The notes below the pieces were generated by a model. It was not told the origin of the DNA and searched no databases. It saw nothing but the letters and a program-made list of their open reading frames with translations. A stretch of 63,542 nucleotides of DNA, the filler included, from Reticulomyxa filosa (Eukaryota > Protista > Foraminifera): the NCBI GenBank assembly GCA_000512085.1. It is 20 parts of 20 records of this genome, joined end to end, with 100 filler letters (N's around TTAATTAATTAA, not from the genome) between each part and the next. Parts side by side here need not be neighbours in the genome. Positions count along the whole stretch, not along the records: positions 25,615 to 29,711 come from ASPP01014328.1; positions 29,812 to 32,374 come from ASPP01041512.1; positions 32,475 to 33,866 come from ASPP01001305.1; positions 33,967 to 35,338 come from ASPP01025897.1; positions 35,439 to 37,843 come from ASPP01009715.1; positions 37,944 to 42,058 come from ASPP01009970.1; 14 more parts are not named here. One strand, written 5' to 3'. How positions within the stretch are numbered: the stretch's first letter is position 1; each line of letters starts with the position of its first letter. This document shows positions 26,032-38,430 of this stretch, one piece after another. Both the position numbers and the translations under genes were made by a program.

Positions 26032-26886
26032 GCTGCTGTCAAGAAAGTTGCTCAAATTTCTTTCTTTCTTTATCGTTCGTTCCATTGCCTTCTGCAGCCT
26101 TCGCTCACACATGGAATTGGCGTGTTAGAGCCAAGACAAATACACTGTTCACTTTTTTTTTTTTTTTTTTTTTTGCTTTCGTTTCAATGTCTTAAATAAT
26201 TCTTGGGATTTTGTGGGTGATGTAGGGTTTCTTTTTTATTGTGGGATGGATTGTGTGTTTTAAAAGGGGAAGGAGGAAAAGTAACTAATTAATTGATTAT
26301 TTCTTTATCTCATTTTGAACGAGAAAATAAACAATACATAGGAAGTATCTAAGTGTTTGTTCTTTTTTTATCTTGTTACTACTGTTCATGAAAGTTTTTT
26401 TAAGCGCATTCTCTATAAGTTATACTGACTGCTTTGGTTCAGTGTAACAAAAAAAAAACTTGGTTAGTCATCGTAATAATCATTTTAATAGTTGAGCTCT
26501 TCAAAGGAAAACAGCTCAAAACAACTAACAGTGTGTACATTAATCGTGCTTCAAAAAAAGTACAAGTCTTTTATATCCAGTTTATCACTTTAAAACCTGC
26601 AACACTTTTAAACAACAAAATAATATCGCACTTCTAAAGAAAAACTTTTCTACAATTGTTTTCTAAAAAAAAAAAAAAGAGTACAAAACATGTACATGAT
26701 GCAAATAAACACATTTAATGAAATCTGAACAATGAAACAAGCAAAAAAAAAAAAAAGAAATTTTTCAACTGTCATTCTTTCTTTTTGCGATCATTGCTAG
26801 TTCTCAGCGTATGATACATGATATCAAAGCAGCAGCTGATCAAAACAAGCTAAAATACAAGCGAAAGAAAAAAAAAATAATAAGTT

Positions 26887-28923
26887 TTATTGCTTATTTA
26901 AATGTTCTTTCAGCAGCTGATTGTACATTTCAGTCATACTAAAGCGAAAGAAAGAGTCTCCCATAAGATTGAGAATTTCACGGATGGGTTGTACAAAAAT
27001 GACGGCCTTGTCGCGCTCCGACATACCCGCGAGGTTGTTGAGTTGTTCAAAGAAAGTTCGGACGGGATAAGATACATTCAACATCAAAGGAGCGCCGTTG
27101 AGAAGGTACTTCTTCGTAAGAAGTATGATTTTCTCTTCAATGGTCTTGGACTCATCAAACACGATTTCGGACTTGACCATCTCTTCAGGTAACCTCACTG
27201 TTTGCGACATTGTGTCTCCAATGTCAACCACTGTATTATTCGCATTTGTAGAGCTATACATACATACATCACATAGTACATATTGTATCCCACTATAGGA
27301 AGGGGGGGGGGAGGAGGGGAGAGAGAGGGGAACACAATAAAACATCATTAACTTTATGATATTCGCATTACTGCTTTTTCTTAAATAATAGTTTTGAAAT
27401 TGTGAAAACTCAATCACAGCTATAATAACATAACATAATATACGTATATGTACATATAATGTATACGTATACATATGCATATACATATATATGTATGTAT
27501 ATGTATGTATATGTACATATATGTACATGTACGTATACACATATAAAGGGGAAATACCTAATAAATTTTCATGAGAAAATTCATGAAACAAAAAGTCCAT
27601 GAAAATTTCCAAGCGATGCATGACTTGCAGGATATCGGTCAGCGACAAGATCTGCCGATGGTTTTGGTTGAGAGTATTGTAACTGAGATTGGGATCGTGA
27701 ATGTGGCTATCTAGAGAGTCGAGAGAGTTGCGGTGGGTGTTTCGGGGCAAAATGCTTTGGAACAGTTCCTTCCAATTCATGGTGAGAGCAGCCATGTCAT
27801 CGTCTTGTCGGAGCAGTATTCTGTTCTGTCTTTTTTCGATTTGCCTTTGGATCATTTTTTTGTGCCACGTTTCGTATCGTAGTTTTAGCATTGTTTCCCG
27901 AGTACCTTGCGTGGTGCCATACATCTTTCTTTTTTTTTTTTTTTTTTCCCCCCCCCCATTTTAATAACAACAATAATAATAAGTACATTTTCAAACTATA
28001 TGCAAAAAAAAAAAAAAAAGGGGGAGGGGGGAAAAAAAAAACTTGAATTGTTTATAAAAATTGCGTAAACCACTCCATTTCAAAACGATAAAGGTGCTGA
28101 CGAGACAGATCCCGGTGAGAGACAGAGCGAAGAAAGGATTGAAAATGGCCAAGATGGTGAAGACGGACACAACATGTTCGTTTGGGTCAAGAAAACGCAC
28201 GACCGCATAGACAAAGTACAAAAGAATGGAAAAAGAGCCAAAGAACATGATGAGCTTCATTTCCGAGCGCAAGTAAATGTAGTCGTAATAAGCGGGCAGT
28301 TTGTATTTCCAATTGTAAAAAAAGACAACAAAGTAAAGTACAAAGGTGACGATTTGGATAACACGGGAACTGTTCACTGTGCGAGTTATTTCGTTCAGTG
28401 TTGTACTGATCGTGCACAACACGAGGATCGTTGGAATAACTACGTATACCAATAAAAAACGATCATTACCTAATGTATTCCTATGCTTCAAATACCATTC
28501 ATGTGTCTTTTGTGTGCTTCCCATTTGCGCTGAATTCAAATAATGCATCCATTTCTGCTCACTATTGGCTAATGACATGTTAATGTCGTATGCTAATAAC
28601 CAGGCTCTCGCTGTCACTATTGATATCATCCCATAATAACCCACCCAAAATGCTATCGTCTCTCCTATTGCATATCCGGAATGCCTCGGGTATGATACCT
28701 CCTTTTCTATTGACATGTACAAATACAACGGCTTTTCTACGCACACTGCCACTATTGCACATATGTTCAGCGGAATCACTAGTATCGGGTGTCTCTTGTC
28801 TATCACTGGAAAATGTCGGACACGCCAAAACCGATGCATATGATACACAGATATACCACACATTACTAACTCGAAGAGCATTTCCACCCAAAATATTGCA
28901 TACTTCGTCGCAAATGAAGCCAT
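26887..28923 (-). CDS. 7TM-RGS protein (multi-pass receptor-like domain fused to an RGS domain), 4 exons
   Basis: Exon 1 has about 7 hydrophobic helices. Later exons give RGS hallmarks FMDFLFHEFSHENLL, KYLLNGAPLMLNVS and IREILNLMGDSFFRF. Introns at 28042-27929, about 27558-27420 and about 27343-27253. Confidence 0.88.
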
Positions 28924-30072
28924 TTTATTCCCCTTTTTTTTTTTTGTTATCTTAGTTCAATTTTTTTTTTTAGTTTTCGTTTTTAAATTGTAAGTAATAC
29001 TTTTCTAAAATTAACTAATTGACGCTCTCGAAAGATTATATAAAAATAAGACCAAACAGAGTTAAAGGTATCGGCCGCAGAAAACTGAATACATAAAATG
29101 CCACATTATGAGATGATCAATTCTCTTATTATCTCAGCAACAACGTGTTTACTTCTTCAAATCAAACAACAAAAAAAATCTGTTTGAGTGCATTTCCAAG
29201 TTACCAAAATCGAACGAATAAAACCAAACACGTAGATAATTTAATCTGTAGTAATAAAAAGTGTTTAAAGTAATGTTATATTACACGCTTTCAATTATTG
29301 GAAAAATGGAAGATCTGTATGCAACGTAATATTTGTATGAAATAATTTGTTTAAGATAGTCTTGTTTTTTGTAATAACAATAGTTTGTAAGTATTTCTAA
29401 ACATAGGGTGCTTGTCTAACTTCTACAAAAAAAATTTGAAATATTCTTAAAAATTCAATAAAATTAAATTGGAACAAAAAAAGGAAAATACTGCCCTTTT
29501 ATTTTTTTGTTGCATTGGCTCAACTAGAGCTTAACATAGTTTAGTGTCAGTTTTTCAAATATTTTTTCAAATTTTTCCCAAAGTTTTTGTTTGTTGTTAA
29601 TTTTTTCGACTTTATATAATTTTACTTTAATTATCCACAAAATGCTATCAATTGATTTAGGCTGTTAAATTAGGATGAAAATTTATCAGTTCTATTATTT
29701 TCTTTAAACTANNNNNNNNNNNNNNNNNNNNNNNNNNNNNNNNNNNNNNNNNNNNTTAATTAATTAANNNNNNNNNNNNNNNNNNNNNNNNNNNNNNNNN
29801 NNNNNNNNNNNTTGAATTTCTATTTTGTATGTGCGTATGGATGTATGTGTGTATGTATATTATGTATGTGTGTATGCTTATCTGCAGAACGTAGTCAATT
29901 ACATTGAGACACAGCACCTATTCATCCCACAGTTGTGCGAAAATCATTTGTGTCATTTCTATTTGCTGTTGTCGCACAAGTGGATGTATACGCACTTGCA
30001 CGATCTGCGTGCCAAAGGCGACTTGCAAACAAAGTATTATCGCATTAATGCACCCTTCGATATCGCAATTCG

Positions 30073-30283
30073 TTTCACTTGGCTCTCGCATTTCATTTTA
30101 CTTAACTCTCGCGTTTTATCTCATTTGGCCATCGCACTTTGTTTCACTTGACTCCCGCATTTTATTTCACTTTGCTCTCGCGTTTCATTTTACTAGACTC
30201 TCGCGTTTTGTTTCACTTGACTATTGCACTTCATTTCACTTGACTCTTGTATTTCATTTTACTCGCTTGGCTCTAGCATTTTA
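30073..30283 (+). repeat. 23-bp minisatellite, ~9 copies, consensus TTTCACTTGACTCTCGCATTTCA
   Basis: Eight contiguous 23-nt units plus a degenerate ninth. No spacers. Confidence 0.9.
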
Positions 30284-30599
30284 CTTTATTTTTTTGCGTT
30301 TATATCGTTTTTCCAAAATAAACCAAAAAATAAAATTATTTTATACTTTTTCATTATATAAAAATAGTAAAAACTAAAGGTCTACATCAAGTGAATTTTT
30401 TTGTTAAAAAAAAATTGAAGTCATTTCAAAATTTTTGTCATTTATGATTGAATACTAAAAAAATGAGCAATATTGAAGAAAAAATCACTATTTGAGTTTT
30501 TGTTTAACAATAATGTGAAAAATGCCGCGATGTATTGAACAAACTTTCGGCGTTGTACGTGACTTTGAATAATTTGATGGACTATCGTGAAAAAGAAAT

Positions 30600-31500
30600 T
30601 GAATTTTGTTTTTGTTTATTTAAAAAAAAATTGCAATAAAAAAAACAGAGACTTATTTTTCCATTGAAATTGAAATTAGCTCTAAAGGATAAATTTATCT
30701 TTTTCATTATAACTTCTTCTATTGATGTCTCTTTATGAATTAAATTGTACAAATAACCATTCTTTATCACTTCATGGAACAAATTCTGCAATGAGTTGTT
30801 TATTGTGAACTTTGCATATATTGTATCTTAGATAATTTGGTGTTTGTACAAATAACATTCATACAATGATTGATCGAAGGTAGTTTTTGATTTCCCAATG
30901 TATTTAAATAATTGGATAAAGAGTAAAATATTTATAAATATCATGTAATAACATCTCTTTATAAGCCTTTTTTAATATTTTGATAATATTTCTGTGTTTA
31001 TATTATCAAATTCACATTCAAATAATATTAATTCATCTCTTCCACCCATAAATTGAACACTAATTTGTAATTTATCTATTGCATTCCTTGTTTCAAGGCC
31101 ATTGAATATAAATTCAATTGCTCTTTGTGTGTTATGTTATAAAAATCTTTCGAAATGATATAAAAAGAGTTAAATCACTGTTTGTTGAAATGTAACTATA
31201 ACAATTGCATAATTTCAAATGAATTTGATTGTACAATAGATAATTGATAAATATGTTTGTATATGATACACAATTTGATAATTCATTTATCTCTTGATAA
31301 TAAATTGCACAGAAGCGCCAAATATGATTAAAAATGAGATATAGCTATGTGTAGTGATCATAGCAATTGGCATACACCCAATCAAACACCACTTTTGGAT
31401 TGCTTTTGATTATTAATACAAGTACAATTTTTACCTGTTCCCATGTGAGTCGTCCTTGATTTCCAGTTGTTCGTACAATGACAAAATTAGTTCTTGCACT
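30600..31500 (-). pseudogene. Decayed hypothetical gene
   Basis: Protein-like fragments (ETRNAIDKLQISVQFMGGRDELILFECEF; LQNLFHEVIKNGYLYNLI) broken by stops and frameshifts. Confidence 0.35.
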
Positions 31501-32522
31501 TCTGGGTTTTGGTATAGCATCTATGTCAATGTCTCTTGAGCGATTTTCTCGTTCGAATATTATCGTTTTAAATAATGCTTTCCATTGACCTTTTAAGCTT
31601 TCTTTTGAATGTTTGTCATCGTCTTCAGTTTAATTTGCATTATTATCTTCGGTTGTATCTTTCTTTTTGTTTCTCTTGGTTTGTCTTTGGTTATAACTGC
31701 TATTTTTAGACTCTTTTAAAAACAAGCCTTTCAAAAATGAATCTTTGGCAATGTGCATATCTGGCAAATACGAAAATCAAATGACCTGCAATTGACTTAC
31801 AATGGACTCCACATATATTTTCCTTCCTCTTTTTTTCTCATCTGGTTTGCTAACCAGCATGCATTGGTTGGAAGTCAATGTCTCTGTCGCTGCCTTTATT
31901 GGCTCGGATACTACCGATTGTTGCGTCGACTCTGGGACTGGAGAAGCGGTTGTTGTTTCCTGTGGTGCAGAGGCTTGTCATTCTTGATGTTGTTGTCAAT
32001 GTCTTCGGTGACTGTGGAAGTCGACAGCGCATGAGCACTGCCCTCTTGACATCCTTCCAGTTCCAATTGTGTAATGTATCGCGGCCACTGTACGAATAAC
32101 GTCGCAATTTGTAATAAGAAAGACAGACACGTCTTTATGACGCAGCGAATGGTAGGTTTGCTATTGGGAGCTAACGTCTTTATTCAATCATACACTAATC
32201 ACTAGTCTATTGGGTTCTTTCAAGGGTCTGCATTTCTATTTGTTGCCAAATAATGTATAATTACCTTTTCGCACATTTCTTTGATGTTGACTCACTGATG
32301 GATATCTTGCGAATGAATCGCGTTTCCTGGTGGCCGGCTTAACTGGAGTTGTCCTCCTTCGGGGGGTGTCGTCTNNNNNNNNNNNNNNNNNNNNNNNNNN
32401 NNNNNNNNNNNNNNNNNNTTAATTAATTAANNNNNNNNNNNNNNNNNNNNNNNNNNNNNNNNNNNNNNNNNNNNCCCCCTTTTTTTTTTTTTTTTGTTTA
32501 AAAAAAAAAAAATACACACATA

Positions 32523-33251
32523 TTACACACCTTTGTTTAAAGCAAATTTTTGTTGACAAGAAATAATGACATTCAACATGTTGGGCAAGATCTCACTGAT
32601 GTTCTGATAAATATCGAGACTGGTATACGTGGCGGCATCGAGGCTGTAATTGCATCTGTGGAAGGCCTGCAACTGAACCTGAAAGCCGATGTTAGGCATG
32701 ATGAAAGAACGCGATTTTCGAATGTCGTTGTACACGCTTTCAAACGAGCGTTGGTGTTTATGCATTTCGTAGGCGATAATGATACTAGCACTTCGTGACA
32801 ATCCTTTGTGGCAATGTACAAACACTCGATCCTGCGACTGCTTGTTTGCTTTTTTTTTGCTTGTCACATTGGTGGTAGACTTCTCTTCTTTCGAAGAGGG
32901 AGGGTCGTTCAAACAACTATCCATGAACTCAAACGCTTGTGCGAAATAAGGGATCAAAAAAAATCCTGGCCTATCTTCCACTTTGTTTATTAACAGGTAT
33001 TTAAATTTATCCGGGAAATGTGCTTTCAAATCCCAACCTATTGCCAACACGTGTGTTATCCCATGCTTCTCTAACACTTCCGAATTTTGTGCTACTGATG
33101 ATGGACCCATGTAAATACGCGGCAATACCTCTTGCATTGATTCTGCTTTCACTTGCAACGATTCCGTTCCTGTAGTCGTCTCTGCTGACTTCTTCTCCTG
33201 CCCTGCAGTTGCTCCTCGATTTCGACTACCACGAGAAAATATATGACCCAT
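32523..33251 (-). CDS. Dual-specificity protein phosphatase, first exon, probably N-myristoylated, 3'-partial
   Basis: EVLPRIYMG, HGITHVL, active-site VFVHCHKGLSRS, AYEM, MPNIGFQVQL. N-terminus MGHIFS fits MGxxxS. Confidence 0.93.
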   Translation of the reverse strand: MGHIFSRGSRNRGATAGQEKKSAETTTGTESLQVKAESMQEVLPRIYMGPSSVAQNSEVLEKHGITHVLAIGWDLKAHFPDKFKYLLINKVEDRPGFFLIPYFAQAFEFMDSCLNDPPSSKEEKSTTNVTSKKKANKQSQDRVFVHCHKGLSRSASIIIAYEMHKHQRSFESVYNDIRKSRSFIMPNIGFQVQLQAFHRCNYSLDAATYTSLDIYQNISEILPNMLNVIISCQQKFALNKGV

Positions 33252-33971
33252 TTTGCTTTTGACGTTATTTTATTCTAATATCCAAAAAAAAGTTTTCTTC
33301 ACTTCAAAAATATTACACTTAAATGATAATTAAAAAATACTTACTTTCGCTCCCTTTTTTTTAGTTTGCAAAGAAATTGTTATTTAAAAACTTTCATAGC
33401 TACACTTTATTTGGTTTTCTTTGTTCATTACTTAATTAATTTGAACTTTTAGAGCAAAATTTCCAACATGACTTCTAAATTATACTTAATGCTTGATTCT
33501 AAGAAATATTTCTTGAAATGAACCAAGAAAAAGCTTATATTGATATTGATCACATCACAACAAAGTCATAGTGACTACACTATTTTTTTTTTGTGCCTTC
33601 TGCTGCTGCTGAAAATGGGCATGTATTTGCGTCGATGAATGAACAATAATTTATATTTTGTACATAAAATGCCTTTATATTTTTAATTTAATTTTCATTA
33701 ATTGTATACAATTTATCATTATTTTCAATCAGTAAACGTTGAATAGTTAACATTGTTTATAGCTATTTTAAGTTGTCTAGACAACAGGTTAAATTTATTA
33801 GACATGTAGGAAGTGAGGTAGTACCAAGTGTAATAAGAAAGTAATTACTTAAAGGTTTTTTCAAAANNNNNNNNNNNNNNNNNNNNNNNNNNNNNNNNNN
33901 NNNNNNNNNNTTAATTAATTAANNNNNNNNNNNNNNNNNNNNNNNNNNNNNNNNNNNNNNNNNNNNGAAAT

Positions 33972-34671
33972 ATGTTTATTGAAGTCTTGCAGCTGTTTCA
34001 ACACTTGATTATTCAGAGTATTGATATAATTGGATGCTGTGAGACAAAGATTGCAGAAGTATTAAAAGTAGGACAAATAGATAATATGATATTAGTACAT
34101 CAACCATCATATTATCGGGCAAGCATAAGCGAAATGAAACCAAGCAATGGAATGTGCATACTATACAGTAAAGATATTGAACAATAAATGCAGATAAACA
34201 AGTTTGCAACTGATTTCGTGAACACAGTGATATTAGAAGACAAAAGGACATTGGTAATTTTTGTATACATACCCCCGATGGATAGAATAAATGCACTCCA
34301 TGTGGACAGAGCGTGGAAGGAAATAAACGAAGTGGTAGGAATTTTCCAAAGCCTCCAGTACGCGATACTCATAATGGGAGACTTAAACGCGAGAAACAAG
34401 AAAACAGAGATACAACAAACAACCAAAGCAAAAACAGACTATTGGATTGGTGCAAACAAAACGCAATGAAATACTAAATATAGAGCAATGTAGAGGCAAA
34501 CGGACATTCCATGCAGATAAGCCTGAAGCAAAAGTATTTTCCATTGTGGACTATGCGATAGTGAACGAACACCCATTTTGGAAGGAGACAAAAATAAAAA
34601 TGGAAATTCTCCAGCAATACGTAGCATCTGATCACTACCCAATTAAATGTACCTTTAAGGTAAAGAGATGA
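33972..34671 (+). mobile_element. APE-type endonuclease remnant of a non-LTR retrotransposon
   Basis: DIIGCCET, VYIPP, ILIMGDLNAR, SIVDY, ASDHYPI motifs. Stop at 34185-34187 and a frameshift near 34430. Confidence 0.82.
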
Positions 34672-35499
34672 ATGAATGTGAGGAACATAAAGTTACATGT
34701 AACGTACTTATGTAAAATAAGTAATGACAAGCAACAAATCGAATGGCGGCAAAGCAATTCGTGAAATCGATGGTGGAAGAAAGCAAGTGGAAAATTGAGA
34801 CAGAAACAAATCAAGAAGCTTACGACAGATTAATGACGGAAATATATAAGGCCTTAATTGAAAACAAGGTAGAAAGAAATAGATAATGAAATACAAAAAG
34901 GTGAACACAGAACGATAAAAATGAAGGAATTGATAGAAAGATACAAAGAACAAAAAAAACAAAGGCACCTTGCGACTTGGACCTTGTGCTGGTGTTGGTT
35001 GAAAGTATCTTTTTGTTAGACGCATTCTTGTTCGTCTCTGCTTTTGCTGTGATATTCTTGTTTGCTTTGTCACTCCTCTTTAGCGCTGTAATCATCATTG
35101 AGCTTTTAATGCTGCATTGTCCTGCTTTGCTTCTTTTTCCTCTTTTTTGTAGCCACATCTTCTGTCAGACTCTTCCATGATTTTACAAATATTCGAAACG
35201 TTGGGATTTGCTCTTTGTCATAGGCTTTGTGCTTCAGCGTCATTTCGATCAACGAGTTAAACTCTAATCTCTCTTCAACTGACTTTGTTATCAACACATG
35301 CTGCGTTGCTTCATTCAAACCATTAAACCATTCTTGTANNNNNNNNNNNNNNNNNNNNNNNNNNNNNNNNNNNNNNNNNNNNTTAATTAATTAANNNNNN
35401 NNNNNNNNNNNNNNNNNNNNNNNNNNNNNNNNNNNNNNTTGATGGTATTATACATAAATATATGTATATGTATATATATATATTTTTTTTTTTTTGTAG

Positions 35500-36155
35500 G
35501 GAAAATCTTTCAGTATTCGGTGCATATTTACGGATGCCGCGTGATTCAACGACTACTGGCGCATTGCGACGACAAGCAACGCGCCTTTGTGGCGAGGGAG
35601 TTGCTGGACAAAGTGAGCGAGCTGTGCCGTGACAAGTACGGCAACTACGTGATTCAGAAAATCATAAGCATTGAGACGAACAAACGTACCCTCACCCACA
35701 TCGTCCGCGAGATTTGTCGAGATATCGAAAAACTGGCCCGCGACAAGTTTTCCTCCAACGTGATCGAACAATGCTTGCGTTTCCTCAAGGACGAATTGTT
35801 GCGAATGATCATTTGCAGCGTTTTGTATCCACAAAGTCAGAAGCATAATGGTAGCAACAATACAACAACAACAACTACTACTACTAGTACTAGTACTAGT
35901 AGTAGTAGTAGTGAAGGATTCCATACGATTTACTCCGGAGACAATATCGGGGGAAATCAGGGCTATCTCACTTCTCGAATGGTCCGCCACGAATATGGCA
36001 ATTATATCATTCAAACCTTACTCGATGTCTGCGCAACCGAGTATCGTAGAGACTTGATCAATCAAATTGAACGCAGTGTGCCCAGAAAAGAACTCCTCAA
36101 ATATTCGTGGGGAAAACAGGTTTTGGGGAAAATGTATGGGGAGTATGTCATTTGA
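35500..36155 (+). CDS. Pumilio/PUF RNA-binding protein, last exon (repeats 5-8)
   Basis: YGCRVIQ, YGNYVIQ, FSSNVIE, YGNYIIQ and C-terminal YSWGKQVL. AG acceptor ends at 35499. Confidence 0.95.
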
Positions 36156-38059
36156 TCACGCAAAGATGGATCCTTGTTTTTTTTCCAAAAAAAAATATGA
36201 TTCTCCAAGTCATTTTCTTTTTTTTTTTTTTCCCCCTTTTTCCAATGAAAAATAAAGCAAATTTTTGGAGAGTTGATGTTTGGTTTTTGTTGTCCGCTTT
36301 TTTGATTCAAAAAAAGTGCACAAAATATTATTCAAACAAACAAAAGAAAGAGAAACTATGGCCACTTTGAGTAATTTATGGCCCATTTGTTTTGTTATGT
36401 TATACTATTATCATTATTTTTTTTTATTATTATTTTTTTTTTTGAGCATCTTTGTCTGTTTAATTTTGGTCTCTTTTATTGGTCGAGACTCAACATTATC
36501 TTTTTTTTTGGTGGTTGCTTGGTTTTTCGGCCTTGTACGACCTTGATCTTTCGACACTATTGCACGTGCGTTTTTATTATTACATAAGTGTCACGTGTCG
36601 AAACTTGTAACTTTTTTTTTTGTTGGGTCATCCCAATTGTTTTTTTGACAGAACATTTGAAAAACCGAAGCTGCACAAAAAAAAAAAAATAAGTAAAAAA
36701 AATTGCTTTGGTGTTTTTCAATTGGTTGTGTTTGTGCAATTGCTGTGCCCTTCTTTTCCATTTGCTTCAAACATTTTAATCTTTTTGAACATAAGCTCTT
36801 TGTTGTGTGGCTAATTTGAATGTTTTTTGTTTCATCTTTTTTTTTTCTCTTTTTGCCATCCATACAAAATCTTCACTTGTTGTATTTCATCTTTTTTGTA
36901 TGTGTTGTATTTATTCAATGATTTTTGTTGTATTTTGTCGGGTGACGAAAAGGAGAGGAAAAAAAAAAAATACAAGTGTCACACCACGCAAGCTGATTTT
37001 GCACACATTACACTTTTTCTATTGTCTGCATTTTTGTGAATTTCTTTTTGTTATTTCCTCCAACTTTGTTGGTTATTTTTATTTTGTCTCCATTCGTGTG
37101 CTGATTTGTTGTTTTTTTTTACTTGTTGGACACTTACAAAATCTGCTTCCTTTCTATCATTTGTGCGTTTTTTTGGTTTTTTTGCTGAGTTTGTGTGAAT
37201 GTTTTGTGGATTTGTCTTTAAAAAGAAGTGTATTTCTCCCCTCTTTCTTGTGTTTGAAATATTTTTGCGAAAATTTACTGTTTTCGCACACAAATATTTA
37301 CCTTTTTTCCGTTTTTATTCTCATAATTTCAAAGTTATCCAAAAGCAGTTAAAATGGTTTTTTTGGACACCTTTTTCCTCACAAAAAATTCACAACTCGT
37401 ATCACGTTGTTGTCATGGACTAGGCTTATTGTATGCAACAAAACATTTTTTCATTTGATTATTGCGAAAACTTTGTTGAACTTAAGGTGTACGTACTTAA
37501 AAAGAATAATATGAAAATTCAAAAAAACTCAGCGGACTTGTTAATATATAAAAAAATTTATGCAAGTGAAGGAAACAAACGTCAAACATGAGCAAAGTGA
37601 ATTTGTTTGGCGATGGTATCATGTAATCAATATCATTGAATCTTCATCATGATCTAAATGCTTACCACCTTTTAAAAGAAGAGAAGGGTACACTTCAAAT
37701 AACAGTGTTTCTATGCAAACATTTAAAAATTTAATCTGAAAAGTATTTGCGTGTTCATTTTGAAATATGAAAATATGTAATGAAAAAAGAATAATTATGT
37801 AACAATTTTGAAATTACAAATAAGATGATAATTATTATAAAAANNNNNNNNNNNNNNNNNNNNNNNNNNNNNNNNNNNNNNNNNNNNTTAATTAATTAAN
37901 NNNNNNNNNNNNNNNNNNNNNNNNNNNNNNNNNNNNNNNNNNNGACAACAACCAAGAAAGTTACCGAAAGGAAGACAACAACAAACAAAAAAATACTAAC
38001 TTAATAACAAAAAAAAAAAAAAAAAAAATTAAACAAAAACTTTTTGCCCCCAAAATTTC

Positions 38060-38430
38060 CTTTTCGTTTGTTGAAACCTTTCCACTTAGTGTAGTTGTAA
38101 TCGAGATCATTGTCATTTGCATTGTTCAAATGTGATGTAGAAAAGCTTTCATTGTCCTTGAAATAGAACATGTGGTTATGTGGGTCGTTTCCTCTTCGGT
38201 CTAGTACAAAGTGCACATACAACAGAGCGAAAAAAAAACAACACATCATTATTATCAGAGGGTTGACTGCTGTCGTTGTTATTATTGTTATTATCACTAT
38301 GTCCATGCTTGTCAAAACAATTGAAAAACAAGCTGAATGAAATGAACACCTCCGTCATTTGCATTTCGATGGTGGTGTGACGCATCACTTTGTATTCCAT
38401 ACATCTCTGTTTTGGAACGATTGGTTTCAT
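38060..38430 (-). CDS. Hypothetical spliced protein, 5' part
   Basis: ATG exon MKPIVPKQR...MQMTE followed by GT, then a probable second exon RRGNDPHNHMFYFKDNE... ending at GT before the contig end. Confidence 0.4.

Noticed and set aside
30073-30283. 23-bp repeat as a CRISPR array
   Set aside because: Units are contiguous with no unique spacers, there are no cas genes, and the contig is eukaryotic.
31700-32374. Possible gag-like ORF1 remnant on the minus strand
   Set aside because: Coding-like GC content, but no intact CCHC motif could be reconstructed.
36156-37843. Pumilio autoregulation sites and the F/C/L-rich ORFs downstream of the PUF gene
   Set aside because: I saw TGTA cores but no canonical TGTANATA. 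The ORFs are T-rich low-complexity artefacts.
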